Positions 13,508 to 26,559 of a stretch of DNA of 64,000 nt are shown in pieces. The notes beneath the pieces are model-generated. The model did no database searches. It was not told the DNA's origin and was given only the letters and a program-made list of their open reading frames with translations. Origin of the DNA: Takakia lepidozioides (lineage: Eukaryota > Plantae > Bryophyta); NCBI GenBank assembly GCA_030704615.1, contig CM060731.1:75516001-75580000 (forward strand), written 5' to 3'. Numbering within the stretch: the stretch's first letter is position 1; every line of letters begins with the position of its first letter. Made by a program: the position numbers and the translations under genes.

Positions 13508-14343
13508 TGTAGTGCCAAAGTCTTGGGGGCTGGCCCAAGGGAAAGGGAGGCATTTGAAATAGAGACCGGACTCCCTAGTAGGGTAGGGAGTCCCTACCCT
13601 CCAGCCCAAGAAGTTCAGCATTTAAAAGCCACCCTCCAGCCCAAGACGGGCCCAAGATTTCCTCCGGGTTAGTTTTGTTGGAAGCTGGCCCATAAACCGT
13701 GGCCGCTCGCAGGGGACGTCGGGGAATTCCGGCGGAAACTCAAGGGTCACGGAGAATTGACCTACGGTGGAAATGCGAATATTAAGTCTATTTGACCCAA
13801 AGATCTACGAAACAGTGTAAAGCGACGCTTACCAAACACTCTAACAATGAACAAATTAACATCATCATCAATGACATTGCCGATGTGCATGAGGGATTGG
13901 GGTGAGATCTAGTGCTAGATATGCTAATCAAGGTGTTTAGGGACAAGCATCAATTTCACCTCTCAACGTGTTGCATTCTGGACATAAAACTGTACATGCA
14001 AAATAGTAAGTGCCAAGCTTCATGTTGACACCGTACTGGATCCAATTCCTAGAGGCCCGAGGGTCCACCAGAAGAGTGAGCAACACATTTCAAATGGAAG
14101 CTCAACAATGATCTTGTACTTTTAGAATACAGTTGGGAGGATTTTTTGAATGGGAGTGAGAATTTGGGATTTCAGGATAGAGCTTTGCCGAGAATGTGGG
14201 TGGCAGTCCGCATTTCTAAGCATACACTGAATCCCTGGCTCATGCAAAACAAAGTGTTCCGAGTCCCCCAGTCGGGCTAGTCCCTGGGATTGGTAGCCTG
14301 AAGCGAGAGTCCCACAAGGTAGCTATGTCGTGTCACCCTTACA
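13508..14343 (-). mobile_element. Possible solo LTR
   Basis: TGTA...TACA termini and LTR-like composition, but the flanking 5-mers do not match. Confidence 0.3.
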
Positions 14344-14559
14344 CACAGCCAAAAACTTTATGGAGAAATTGTTAGTACCCAGCATTAGCTTATGCATTGA
14401 ATGCATAGTAATTTTTAGCATGAATGCTTTAAATCGTTTTTTGATTACTGTGAGTGAGGACGTTTAATAACACCAACACCATCATGATTTTGTTCTTAAT
14501 ACATTCTCAACGTCTTCTATCGTTTAAGCCTGTAAGGGGTGCTATTTGTTTTTTGTGCA

Positions 14560-16045
14560 TAGACACGGACGACCATGGACCGCTGGAAATGGGTAATGGT
14601 TAAAGAAGGCCATAAGGTCGATGTCGTGGGTCCCTTCGCTCTAGCACATGTGTCGCAAGATTTTATAAAAAAATTCACGAGTTTTCACATCTGCGGCCAC
14701 CAATAGTCCCTGGATATCAATTCCATTGTTTTGTTGAAGCCGAAATGTCCTGCAGCCGGAAAATCATGACATGCTTAAAGAATTCGAAGTCGTGTAAATC
14801 TTGGAGTTACGTAGAAAAGTCCCTTGAAATAAAGTAAGTCATCTTTGAATTCGAAGTCGTTTGTAACATGTGGGTTGTCTCGAGGTCGATTTAGTTGACT
14901 TCGTAGTGTCGTAGCAAATTGGTCGTTCTTTAGTGTTTCCTGAATCTCCTTTATGATCTCTGCATCATCATAGGTGGACATAGATAGCATATTCAATTGG
15001 AGATTTGCTGGTTTCAAGATGATGGATTTATGTTGGTCGAAAGCTGTCTCCTCTTTTTTCGGCGCAAGATACGATCGTTGAGAAAGAGCATCGAGTTTCC
15101 CTTGAAGATGTCCGGGGCGATAGGTAATAACAAAATCAAACTTTGCTAGTGACATACCTCATCTGGCTTGACGTCGATTCAAAACACGAGCACTCATAAA
15201 ATACTTAAGGTTTTTGTTATCGGTGTAGACAGTGACCTGATGTTTAGCTCCCTCCAGTAGATGACGTCACTCCTCAAAAACATCGATAATCGCTAGAATT
15301 TCTTTGTCATGGATTTCATAATTGATCTCTGCAGCGGAAAATTTGCGAGAACGAAAACCAACAGGGTGAAGTCAGTCATCCGTACCGTATTGAGAGAGTA
15401 TAACGCCAAGTGTAAAGTCCGATGCATCTGCTTCCAAGAAGAATGGCTTAGATGGGTCTACATGTACCAGTATTGGAGCCGTTGTAAATGCCTGCTTCAG
15501 CCTATCAAATGTCTGGTCAGCCTCCTCGTCCCATACAAATTTGTCCTTCCATGTGATTCATGTCAATGGTGCAACAATTTTGGAGTAGTCCTTGATGAAG
15601 ATTTTATAGAAATTTGCAAATCCCAGAAAACATTGTACATCTCGGACCGAAGTTGGTTTAATCCACTCGATGATGGTTTGTATTTTCTTCTGATCCATAA
15701 AGACGTCTTTGTCGGAAATAATGTAGCCCAAAAATTCGACCTAAGATTGATGGAAAATACATTTTTCTAACTTGGCATATAGTCATCTTTCTCTTAATTT
15801 ATCAAAGACAAGGCATACATGGCGGCCATGTTCTTCTTCATTCTCTGAAAATATCAAAATGTCGTCCAAATAGATGACTACAAAGTCATCTAAAAATTCT
15901 CGAAAGATGTCATTCATCATTTGTTGGAAAATTGCTGGAGCATTTGTAAGACCGAAAGACATAACACTGTATTTAAAATGTTCATACATTGTTCGAAAAG
16001 TTGTTTTCCATTTGTCTCTTTCTTTTATCTGTACAAGGTTATAAG
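14560..16045 (-). pseudogene. Ty3/gypsy family A pol fragment (RT C-half, RNase H, integrase Zn finger); host of the large nested insertion
   Basis: [22 protein letters not shown] and FDFVITYRPG motifs with many stops and frameshifts. Closely similar to 18690-20150 on the opposite strand. Confidence 0.9.
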
Positions 16046-16660
16046 TGTCACGGACATAGCCTAGATGAACTTACCAGGAGTATATATCAGAAGTTACCAA
16101 GTTACCATGTTATCGGAAGTTACCATGATTTACCGCAATTTACCATAATTTACCATTAGTTACAAAGTTATCCGGAGTTTACCAAATTATCAAGAGTAAC
16201 TCAGGAAACTGCTCAGGAAACTTCCTTTGGAAGAAACTTCTCCATCAAGATACCTCTTTTGTTTAAGGAAGCTTCTCCATCAAGAAACCTTTGTTTAACC
16301 TTGGAAACTTCTCCATCAAGAAACCTCCATATGGAAGCTTCTTAGGAAACTTCTTAAAAGCCAGTATATATAGGAGGCGAGACTGGACACTCTTCAGTCT
16401 CGCCAACACAAGTTCAAAGCTACTCTTGTTTCCAGTTCCCAGTACTCTAGCCCAGTTTCCAGTATCTAGTACTCTAGTCCAGTTTCCAGCATTCCAGTAT
16501 TCAAGTCGCGTTCCAATATCTTGTACTCTTGTTCATTGTTATAAAGATCGTCTTGATTCCTATTTACTCATCATGCATTCGGTCACCTTGACTTCTTGTC
16601 TAGTCTTGTACCTCTAGTCTGATCTCTTGGTTGTGTTCAGTCATGTTCTCATTCTTGACA
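16046..16660 (+). repeat. 5' LTR of Ty3/gypsy family A
   Basis: TGTCA...TGACA termini and TATATA at about 16365. Homologous to 60061-60334, 46627-46798 and 46975-47170. Gag begins at 16699. Confidence 0.9.
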
Positions 16661-16698
16661 GTTTGACGACTCTAAAGTTTGTTCATTAGTTAGTTAAG

Positions 16699-19600
16699 AT
16701 GGAAGACACATTTGCGGAAATGGTCGCCACATTGCAGAGTCTTCAGCTCCATATGCAAGAACTTCAAACCTCTACTGCCCAACTACAAACTGATCAGTCT
16801 CCAGATCTTGGCAACGCTCTCAACAATTTGCAACAACAAATTTCAGAGTTGAAGGAGTCGAACAATGGATCTTCAACCTTACGAGTCTCTAACTCCTACT
16901 GCAACGGTTCCTCCAAATCTTCAACAGATTACAAGGGAACCAAAGGTCAGCCTGCCCGAGAAATTTGATGGGACGAGATCAAGATTTCGCGGTTTTGTTC
17001 AACAAGTACGATTGTTCCTACGACTACATCCACAACGCTACCCTGATGAAGGTATTCAAGTGGGATTCGTGGGCACCCTTCTATTATTGTCATATCTTGG
17101 TTTGCACCGCTATTAGAGAAAAATTCACATTTACTATATAATTTTGAAGCGTTCATGTTCAAGTTCACTGCAACATTTGGAGAGAATGATAAAGAGAGAG
17201 TTGCAGAGACAAAGATGCGAAATCTTCAACAAAGAGCACGTCGAGCTTCCGTTTATACTGCCGAATTTCGACAACTTATGTGCGACCTCAACTGGAATGA
17301 GAAGAGCCTTATTAGTCAATTTCGATGTGGCCTAAAAGATGATGTAAAAGATTTGTTGCTGACAATGCCAAATGTGAGTACACTGAACGAATTCATCACC
17401 TAAGTCATTCCATGCGATAATCGTTTGTTCGAAAGACGTCAAGAAAAACGATCCGGATGGTCGACGACACACCATGTCACTGTTACTACGGCACCAAACA
17501 CAACAATCCATCAGACATCCGGTAATGATCATATGCAGATTGATGCTGTCCGATTCGAGCCATTGATGTAACAAGAAAAACAAAGACGGCGCTCGAATGG
17601 ATTATGCCTTTATTGCGGAGAAGATGATCACATAGCATTAAACTACCCCAACAAGAGAAGATTCAAAGCTCGGGGCACAACTCAAGTGTTCGATACGAGG
17701 AGGTCGGAAACGAAGATGTCCAGTCACAATAGGGGCCATGCGACTGGACACCCAAATTCATCACCAAAAAAATGTCTTTTTCTACCTCTAGACCCTGTAC
17801 CTTGTTTCACAGTTCCAGTAAAGATCAGGATGTAAAATCGAGATATCTCCATAGAAGCACTTTTGAACTCGGGCGCTTCAGCGTGTTTTATTGACAAAGA
17901 CTTTGCGAAGCAACACAATTTAACACTCATAAGAAAAAAATTCCCGGCCCCTGTTGAAGTTATCGATGGACGACTGTTAGCAACCAGGAAATATTGATCA
18001 TGAAACTTGACCCTTTGAAGTGAAGCTTAAAAATCAAGCATCACATATTGTTTTCAATGTCATCCAGTCTTCAACGAATCATGTGATCCTTGGACTTCCC
18101 TAGTTTGTATTTCATAATCCTGACATCGACTGGCGATCACGAAAAAATTTGGCAAGACAAAAATGCAAAAGTACCAAAGGTATTCACCCCTGTTTCTTGG
18201 AACTGGAGCCTTCGTGAGAGCTACGAAGAAAGACGCGACATTTGCACTTTATGCAACTCCGATCAAGACCACAACCGACCTAGGTACTTCGACAGTACCC
18301 ACTCAATATCAAGATTTCAATGATGTCTTCAAGAAGAAAAATGCAAACATGTTGCCAGAACATCGACCTTATGATTGTGCAATTGAGTTGCAAGAAAGAA
18401 CTCAACCACCAGTCGGCCCAATCTACAATTTATATCAGACGGAGCTGGTTGTTTTACGCGAATACATTGATGAAAATTTGTCAAAGAATTTCATTCGACA
18501 ATCGAAATCACCCGCGGGAGCACCTATCTTATTTGTGAAGAAGAAGGACGGATTATTACGCATATGTGTGGACTATTGTGGGCTCAACAAAGTCACTATA
18601 AAAATCCTTACCCACTACTGCTGATTTCCGGACTCCTCGAACAACTTGGATGAGAAATTTTTTTTCACAAAGATCAACTTGAGATGAGCTTACAACCTGG
18701 TACGAATAAAAGAAGGAGACGAATGGAAGACTGCTTTTCGCACAAGGTACGGATATTTCGAATACAGTGTTATGCCTTTCGGTCTTACAAATGCTCCAGC
18801 AATTTTTCAACACATGATGAATGACATCTTTCGAGAATTTTTAGATGACTTTGTAGTCATCTATTTGGACGACATTTGAATATTTTCACAGAATGAAGAA
18901 GAACATGGTCGCCATGTACGCCTTGTCCTTGACAAATTGAGGGAAAAATGACTATATGCCAAGTTGGAAAAATGTTTTTCTTCACCAATCTGAAGTCGAA
19001 TTTTTGGGCTACATTATTTCCGACAAATGAGTCTTTATGGATCAGAAGAAAATACAAACCATCATCGAGTTGATTAAACCAACTTCGGTCCGAGCTGTAT
19101 AATGTTTTCTAGGATTTGCAAATTTCTATAGAATCTTCATCAAGGACTACTCCAAAATTGCTGCACCATTGACACGACTCTCAGGGAAGGACATTGTACG
19201 GGACGAGAAGGTTGACCAAGCATTTGAAAGGCTGAAGCAGACATTTACAACGGCTCCAATACTGGTACATGCAGACCCATCTAAACCATTTTTTTTTTAA
19301 GCAGATGCATCGGACTTTGCACTTGGCGCGGTACTCTCTCTATACAGTACAGATGGCCGACTTCATTCTGTTGGTTTTCGTTTTCGCAAATTTTCTGCTG
19401 CGGAGATCAATTATGAAATCCATGACAAAGAACTTTTAGCGATTATTGATGTTTTTGAGGGGTGACGTCATCTATTAGAGGGAGCTAAACATCAGGTCGC
19501 TATCTATACCAATTACAAAAACCTCGAGTATTTTATGAGTGCTCGTATTTTGAGTCGACGTCAAGCGAGATGAAGTATGTCACTAGCAAGGTTTGATTTT

Positions 19601-21225
19601 GTTATTACCTACCGTCCCGGACATCTCCAAGGAAAACTATATGTTTTTTCTCGACGATCGTATCTTGCACCAAAAGAAGGAGATGCAGCTTTTGACCAAC
19701 AAAAATCCATCATCTTGAAACCAGCAAATCTCCAATTGAATATGTTATCTATGTCCACCTATGACGATGTAGAGATCATAAAAGAGATTCAAGAAACATT
19801 AAAAAGTGACCAATTTGCTAAAACACTACGAAGTCAACTGAATCAACTTCAAGACCATCCACATGTTACAAACGATTATGAATTTCAATATGACTTACTT
19901 TACTTCAAAGGACTTCTCTATGTACCTCCAGGACCTACACGACTTTGAATTCTTCAAACATGTCATAATCTTCCGGCTGCATGACATTTCGGCTTCAACA
20001 AAACAATGGAATTGATATCCAAAGACTATTGGTGGCCGTAGGTGTGGAAACTCGTGAAAGAATTTATAAAATCTTATGACACCTTTGTTAGGGCAAAGGG
20101 ACCACGACATCGACCTTACGGCCTTCTTCAACCATTATCCATTCCCAATGGTCCATGGTCGTCCTTGTCTATGGACTTTATTACGGACATTCCAATTTCC
20201 AAGACCACCGACTCAATCCTTGTTATTATGGATCGTTTTACGAAAATGACACATTTCATTCCATGTAATAAGACGGTTACAGACGAGGAAACTGCAAGAC
20301 TCTTCCTCAATAATATCTACCGCATTCATGGACTTCCAAAGGACATCGTATCTGATCGAGGACCACATTTCATATCAAATTTCTGGAGGGGATTATTTCA
20401 CATATTGGATACTAAGATCAACCTCTCTACAGCTAATCATCCACAGACTGATGGTCAAACTGAATGCGTAAACCAGATTTTGGAGCAATATTTTCGTTGT
20501 ACGATAAATATATATATATATATATATATCATCAAGATAATTGGACGGACCTTCTGTCATTAGCTGAGTTTGCCTACAACAACACTATACATTCTTCAAC
20601 CAAACAAACTCCATTTTTCTCTAATTATGGTCATCATCCTCGAGCAAACCCTTTCCACATGAAAACTGTTGGAAGCCTTGCTATAGAAAACCTTGCTACT
20701 CATCTTGCTACGATTCACAATGAGCTTACATTCCGCCTCGCGGAAGCTCAAAAATAATACAAGGAGTATACAGATCAACATCGTCAACTCCAACCCCAGT
20801 TCAAGGTCGGAGATCGTGTGTGGCTTCTTCGACGGGACATACAAACCTCCCGACCATCAAGGAAGTTAGATTATCAACGCCTGAGACCATTCAAAATTAT
20901 TCGACAAATAAATCAGGTGAGTTTTCGGCTTGAACTCCCATCCAGTCTTTCATGTTTCATTATTGGAGTTGTATCATCCGTCGAATATTCCAGGAAGAGT
21001 CTTCGTACCACCTCCACCAATGGACGTCAATCAGAAAATCGACTATGAAGTCGACGAAGTCATAGACTCTCGCATCAAGTATAAATGTCTTGGGTATTTC
21101 GTACATTGGAAAGGCTACGACATCAGCGAACGAACGTGAGAACCTTCATCCAACCTCGCCAATGCATCTGACAAAGTCCAAGAGTTTCATCAACCATATC
21201 CAATTAAGCCCCAAGCTACACGTTG
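16699..21225 (+). pseudogene. Ty3/gypsy chromovirus gag-pol pseudogene (Tcn1/Tf1-like): gag, CCHC, protease, RT, RNase H, integrase, chromodomain
   Basis: [56 protein letters not shown] and YEVDEVIDSR..YFVHWKGY. Many stops and an (AT)n expansion at about 20508-20529. Confidence 0.92.
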
Positions 21226-21714
21226 ATAAGATGTCACAACGATGATGTCAGTCAAGTTAGCTTCAAGGTGAAGACTCCACATTCAATGTACCTGATACAC
21301 ACTAAGGAAGGAAGAGCACCACATATCAGTATATATAGCTACACTTCCAGCATTCTTGCATCTTGTATTGGCAGCATAGAGTCACAGGAACCAGATACAT
21401 TGAAGTTGTCGCTTACCCAACTGTCAAATCAGCCGTTCCGACTCTCACGACCTTCAATATCACGCGGACGCTCTCGAGACGATGGGCCACCAACCCGGTT
21501 ATCAGCGCCACGTCCGTCCGTCAGCGTCAGGTCACGTCAGACCTGACGCTGACGGGACCTCCGTCACGTCAGGTTCGGGGAATATTCTGGTAAAAATAGT
21601 ACCAGGTAAAATACTACCACTTAAGCAGCCACGTCGCCGACATGGAAGCAGTGGCAAATACATTTTGAAAATTAACAAAATGAACACGATTGCAATTCGC
21701 TTTGTTTTTCGAAA

Positions 21715-22790
21715 TTTAAAAAAAATAGTGACCGCCGTATTGGCGGTCGCTTCAATTTTTTATTTTTTTTAAGCAAGATTGGCGGTCGCCTTATATTTCG
21801 AAATAGAAAAAAAAATAGCGACCGTCATATTGACGGTCGCTCAAATGTTTTTTTTTTTAAGCAAGATTGGCGGTCGCACTAGCAGTCGCGTTATTTTTCG
21901 AATTAAAAAAACAAATAGCGACCGCTATGTTGGCGGTCGCTTCAATTTATTTAAAAAAAAAAACAAGATTGGCAGTATTGGCGGTCGCCTAATTTAAAAA
22001 AGAAAACAAGCGACTGCCGTATTGACGGTCGCACGGTGGCAAATATATTTTTGAAAATTAACAAAATGAACGCGACCGCCAATTATGGCGGTCGCTTTGT
22101 TTTTCGAAATTAAAAAAGAAATAGCGACCGCCGTATTGGCGGTCGCTTCAAAAAAAAAAAAATTAAAGCAAGATTGGCGCTTGCACTAGCAGTCGCCTTA
22201 TTTTCGAATTAAGAAAACAAATTTCGACCGCTATGCTGGCGGTCACTTCAATTTATTGTTTTAAAAAAACAAGATTGGCGGTCGTATTGGCGGTCGCCTA
22301 ATTTAAAAAAGAAAACAAGCGACTGCCGTATTGGTGGTCGCACGGTGGCAAATACATTTATGAAAATTAACAAAATGAACGCGACCGCCAATTATGGCGG
22401 TGCTTTGTTTTTTGAAATTAAAAAAGAAATAACGACCGTTGTATTGGCGGTCGCTTCAATTGTTTTTTTTTTAAAGCAAGATTGGCGGTCGCACTGGCGG
22501 TCGCTTTATTTTTTGAAATAGAAAAAGAAATAGCGACCGCCATATTGGCGGTCGCTTCAAATTTATTTTTAATAAAAGCAAGATTGGCGGTCGCTTTATT
22601 TTTCGAATTAAAAAAAAAATAGCGACCGCTATCTTGGCGGTCGCTTAAATTTAAAAATATACAAAATAGAAGTGACCGCAATATTGCACAAAATGAAAGG
22701 AAATAAAAGCGATCGCAGTAGTGGCGGTCGCTTGTTTTTTTCATAAAAAATAAAAATACGGACCGTAGTATTAGTTGTCGCTTAATTTCA
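21715..22790. repeat. Left array of GCGACCGCC-n6-GGCGGTCGC hairpins with ~300-390-bp higher-order units
   Basis: About 20 palindromic motifs in A/T-rich spacers. The block GTGGCAAATAYATTT..AAAATTAACAAAATGAAC recurs at about 21651, 22036 and 22345. Confidence 0.9.
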
Positions 22791-23188
22791 AAATTACAAC
22801 AAATATGGTTGTACAGCTTTTTTTGGGTGGGCGCTATTGGTTCGTTATTTATTCATTTCACTTTCATTTCACTTTCATCCCTCTTGGATGATATATAAGG
22901 GAGGAGGGTCACCAAGCTCCTCACTTCTTTTGGCGTAAACACTTGAGGTTGTTTTGGATGTTCTCTTCCATTGAACGAGAGTGTAGCCCAAGAGGAGGGT
23001 GCGCATCTTTTGCCGTTGTGGCTTCCACCAAAGTCACTTCAGCAAATTGTGTATAAGCTCAACACTACAATCCACATCGACCCACTTGGGTTGCTGACAG
23101 GTGTAGAAGTATTAGGCTATCGCATTGCATTCTACATTCACAACACGTTCATTTATAGGTGACTGTTTTTTGTTGCTTGCATCGCTAG

Positions 23189-25160
23189 GTCCCAGGGGAG
23201 TGGATATTGGGTGAAGATGAGGGAGGAATTGAGCCCTTGGTATACGGCAATCTCGAACACTGTCAGTGCCACTGGTAGTGTTGAGTGCAACCTATGTGGA
23301 TTAAAGCTTTCTTATCGTAAGGATCGGTTGCTCGCTCACCTCGGCTATAAAGGTGTGAAGAGCGCTGGGGTGGGTTTATGTCCCAAAGCATCTATGCGGG
23401 TAAAAAGCCACTTTGCCCAGTGTGGAGGCAATATTCCAATGTCTTTGGATCTGGACATGACCTTTTAACAGAACACTTCATCTTCCCGTCAGGATGCCCC
23501 GATTAGTACCCAGGGTGACTCTTATGAGGCTTCGGGTGTCCTTTGACAAGTGGGTTGTGCCGGAGCAACACCTGCTTCAACACCTCTTTGTACCCCTACA
23601 CTTCAACGGAGTAGAGGATTACGGCAACAATCCATGCAAGAAGGTCTTAACTTGTCTGTGAAAAGACAGTTGGATAAAAAATGGACGCAGTTTTTCTTCG
23701 AGGCCAACATACCATTTAATGTGGCAAGGCTTCCGACATTTGTTTCTGTTGTTAGAGCAACCTCGGAGTCCAGATCCACGTACGTGCCTCCGACTTATCA
23801 CAATCTCTGCACAGGATTGCTAGAAGACGTCATGACCGAGCTTACCCAAAAGGTCAACGATAGGACGGACAAGTGCATCAGAAAATATGGAAGCACTATA
23901 TGTGCCGATGGTTGGAATTCTGTCACAAACAGACCGTTGTTCAATGTCATGCTCGTATGTTCAGCTGGGAAACAATTCTTGGGATCGATCGACACTAGCG
24001 GCAAGAAGAAATATGGACGTTATCAATGTCATGCTCGTATGTTCAGCTGGGAAACAATTCTTGGGATCGATCGACACTAGCGGCAAGAAGAAATATGGAC
24101 GTTATCAATGCCAACTATTGACGGACTTCATCGAACAGGTCGGAAGTGATAGAATCGTGCAAATATGCACAGACAATGTCGCTAACATGGAAACACTGCA
24201 GACATGTTGTTGGCACGTTATCCCCATATGTACTATCAAGGTTGTGCTGCTCATATCCTTGACCTCTTTTGGAAGATTGGGGAAAAGAACAGTGGGTGAA
24301 ACAACTTGTCAAGCGAGCGAAGACTGTTGTGTCGTTCATCCGCACACACCACATCCCTTTGGCAATATATAGGAGGCACGAACCCAAATACAGCCTCCGC
24401 AATCCAGACGAAACTCGTTTTGTCACTAACTTCTTGATGGTGGATCGGTTGGTGACTGTGAAGAGCAGTCTGGAGCACACCATCATCGATCCTCAATGGG
24501 ATGCGGAGGATGCATTTTTTTTAACGACCGTCATTTCGATGGTTCGAAGGACTTACACTTATGTGGGTGTTTTTTGCTTAATTCCATTCTTGCTGCGACA
24601 TACCCATGCTCCAAGACGACGTTTTTGATGCAAGGCCGGCCTCGTGCGAGTGCTCATGCGTTGGCATCCGCCGAACCATGCAGAGAGAGTATACAAAAGA
24701 GGATGCATTTTTTTTAACGACCGTCATTTCGATGGTTCGAAGGACTTACACTTATGTGGGTGTTTTTTGCTTAATTCCATTCTTGCTGCGACATACCCAT
24801 GCTCCAAGACGACGTTTTTGATGCAAGGCCGGCCTCGTGCGAGTGCTCATGCGTTGGCATCCGCCGAACCATGCAGAGAGAGTATACAAAAAAATCCGAG
24901 TACCAATGCTTATCAGATCGCCGCGACCCTTTTGAGGACATGTCGGATCCAAAAAAGCTCAATATGCTGCCACATCATGAATGGTGGATCTTGAATTGAG
25001 ACTGGAGTCAAGAACCTTGGCTCCCATTGCGAGCGTAATTCTTGCTCCAACAAAGTTTGTGCTCTGCCTTCATCTTGCGACAGCAATTGGAGCAGTTACT
25101 CATTTGTTCACAACAAGATTCGCAACAAGGTGGAATTCCGCGAGGGCTGACAAATTGGTG
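23189..25160 (+). pseudogene. hAT transposase pseudogene (BED zinc finger, DUF659/RNase H-like core, C-terminal dimerization domain)
   Basis: CNLC..RLLAHL..CPK, FFFEANIPFNVA, TICADGW, VQICTDN, CAAHILDL, ETRFVTNFLM, EWW and NWSSYSFVHNKIRN. Disrupted by stops, a deletion and two tandem duplications. Confidence 0.9.
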
Positions 25161-26559
25161 TAAATGTTTATACAATTGCCGACCTGCTACGTGAGAGGGC
25201 AGCGATGATGCTGCAGACAATGGTAGAGAGGAATTTGCATTGCCGAAGACTTTGTCTTCTGATGCGAATTCGATGAGTGACGGATATTGAGCCTTAGAGA
25301 GAATCATCTCAAGCGGCAATCAATCTGCCTCTGATAGTGAAGATGGATCCGATGATGCTCCCAAAATGCGTATGACCCGTTTACATTCACAGACGAGGAT
25401 GCTTATATCCAGCCGACCTTTTGATAACCTTCTTGAAGAAGTGCGTATCTCAGATGAAGGTTGAAGCTGCAAATTGTGTCATCCCCCCAGAACTGGTCCT
25501 CAAAATGAAGTTGGGGTCGACCCTCGCCTCCCACTACACTCTGAAGCCACTGGTAGTGCCCCAATGGAGCTTAGGGGTGATGTACTGCCAGGACGGATCG
25601 ACGTACGCAACCCTGTTCATACAAAATGATGGTGTCGACCCATTGTACAGTTGACGGGACGGGGATCATGACTCACCGAATACGATCAGCTCTACCACAA
25701 TGCCAAAATCGATCCATCTCTCCCATCACACAGAGGGCATTAAGGAGCAACAGGGTTGATCTGTTTTCCACACGCATGCCATCATTCCTGCGGGCATTGG
25801 ACCGGGCAGAAGTTGAGCCCTCGGATGATGACAACCTGTCACTACAATTTCACCTTAAACCGATGTGTTGCGCAGCAGACCCGTGGTTCCTCACATGCCG
25901 GACCATCTATTGTCGATCCATCTCCGGCAGTCCCCCCCTCCAGTACCTCCTTCGAGACCACCTTCGATTGCGTCCCAAGTCCATAAACGACAGAGAACTC
26001 CAACTTTTGTAGGCAATCGCCCACATTAAGGCCAGATACCGTGGATGTATTCAGACCGGAGCGGGAGTCGACCTCAGAGAGAACTAAATTGTGGTTCGAG
26101 GTGCTTGCAGATTCAAAGGTCTGGACATATGAGGTCGGATAGGGAGGACGATTCCATTCCGCACTATCATATCCATGTCAACGGTGGTGAGTTCGAGGGT
26201 GACCCTGATTTTCAATCCATTCGGAGAATTGGATTAGGATCTTCTTCGTCCCGCCGTCGAAGCAGTAGAAGGAATTGAAGCAAAACAGCTGTAGGGCATG
26301 CATCAGCACTTTTAGTGGACATGTTTATATTTCTGTACTGAAGTAATACCAATGTGATCATTGTCACTATGAGTATTTGTATTGCTGTGTGTCTGTGTTG
26401 GAAAATAAAAGATGTTTTGCCCATGTTGTATATACCAGCCAAAATGTCGGCCAAAGGCACCGTCACTTGCTCATGTTTTTATGTTCGGTGATTTTGCTTG
26501 TTGGACTAAAGAACAATTGTGTCACGCTTTCAACTGTGCATTCATTTTTATTTAAATGG

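Noticed and set aside
21232-21460. 3' LTR of the 16046 element
   Set aside because: It begins TGTCAC but does not align with 16046-16660 and lacks the PPT seen at about 60048-60060. It may be a piece of another LTR.
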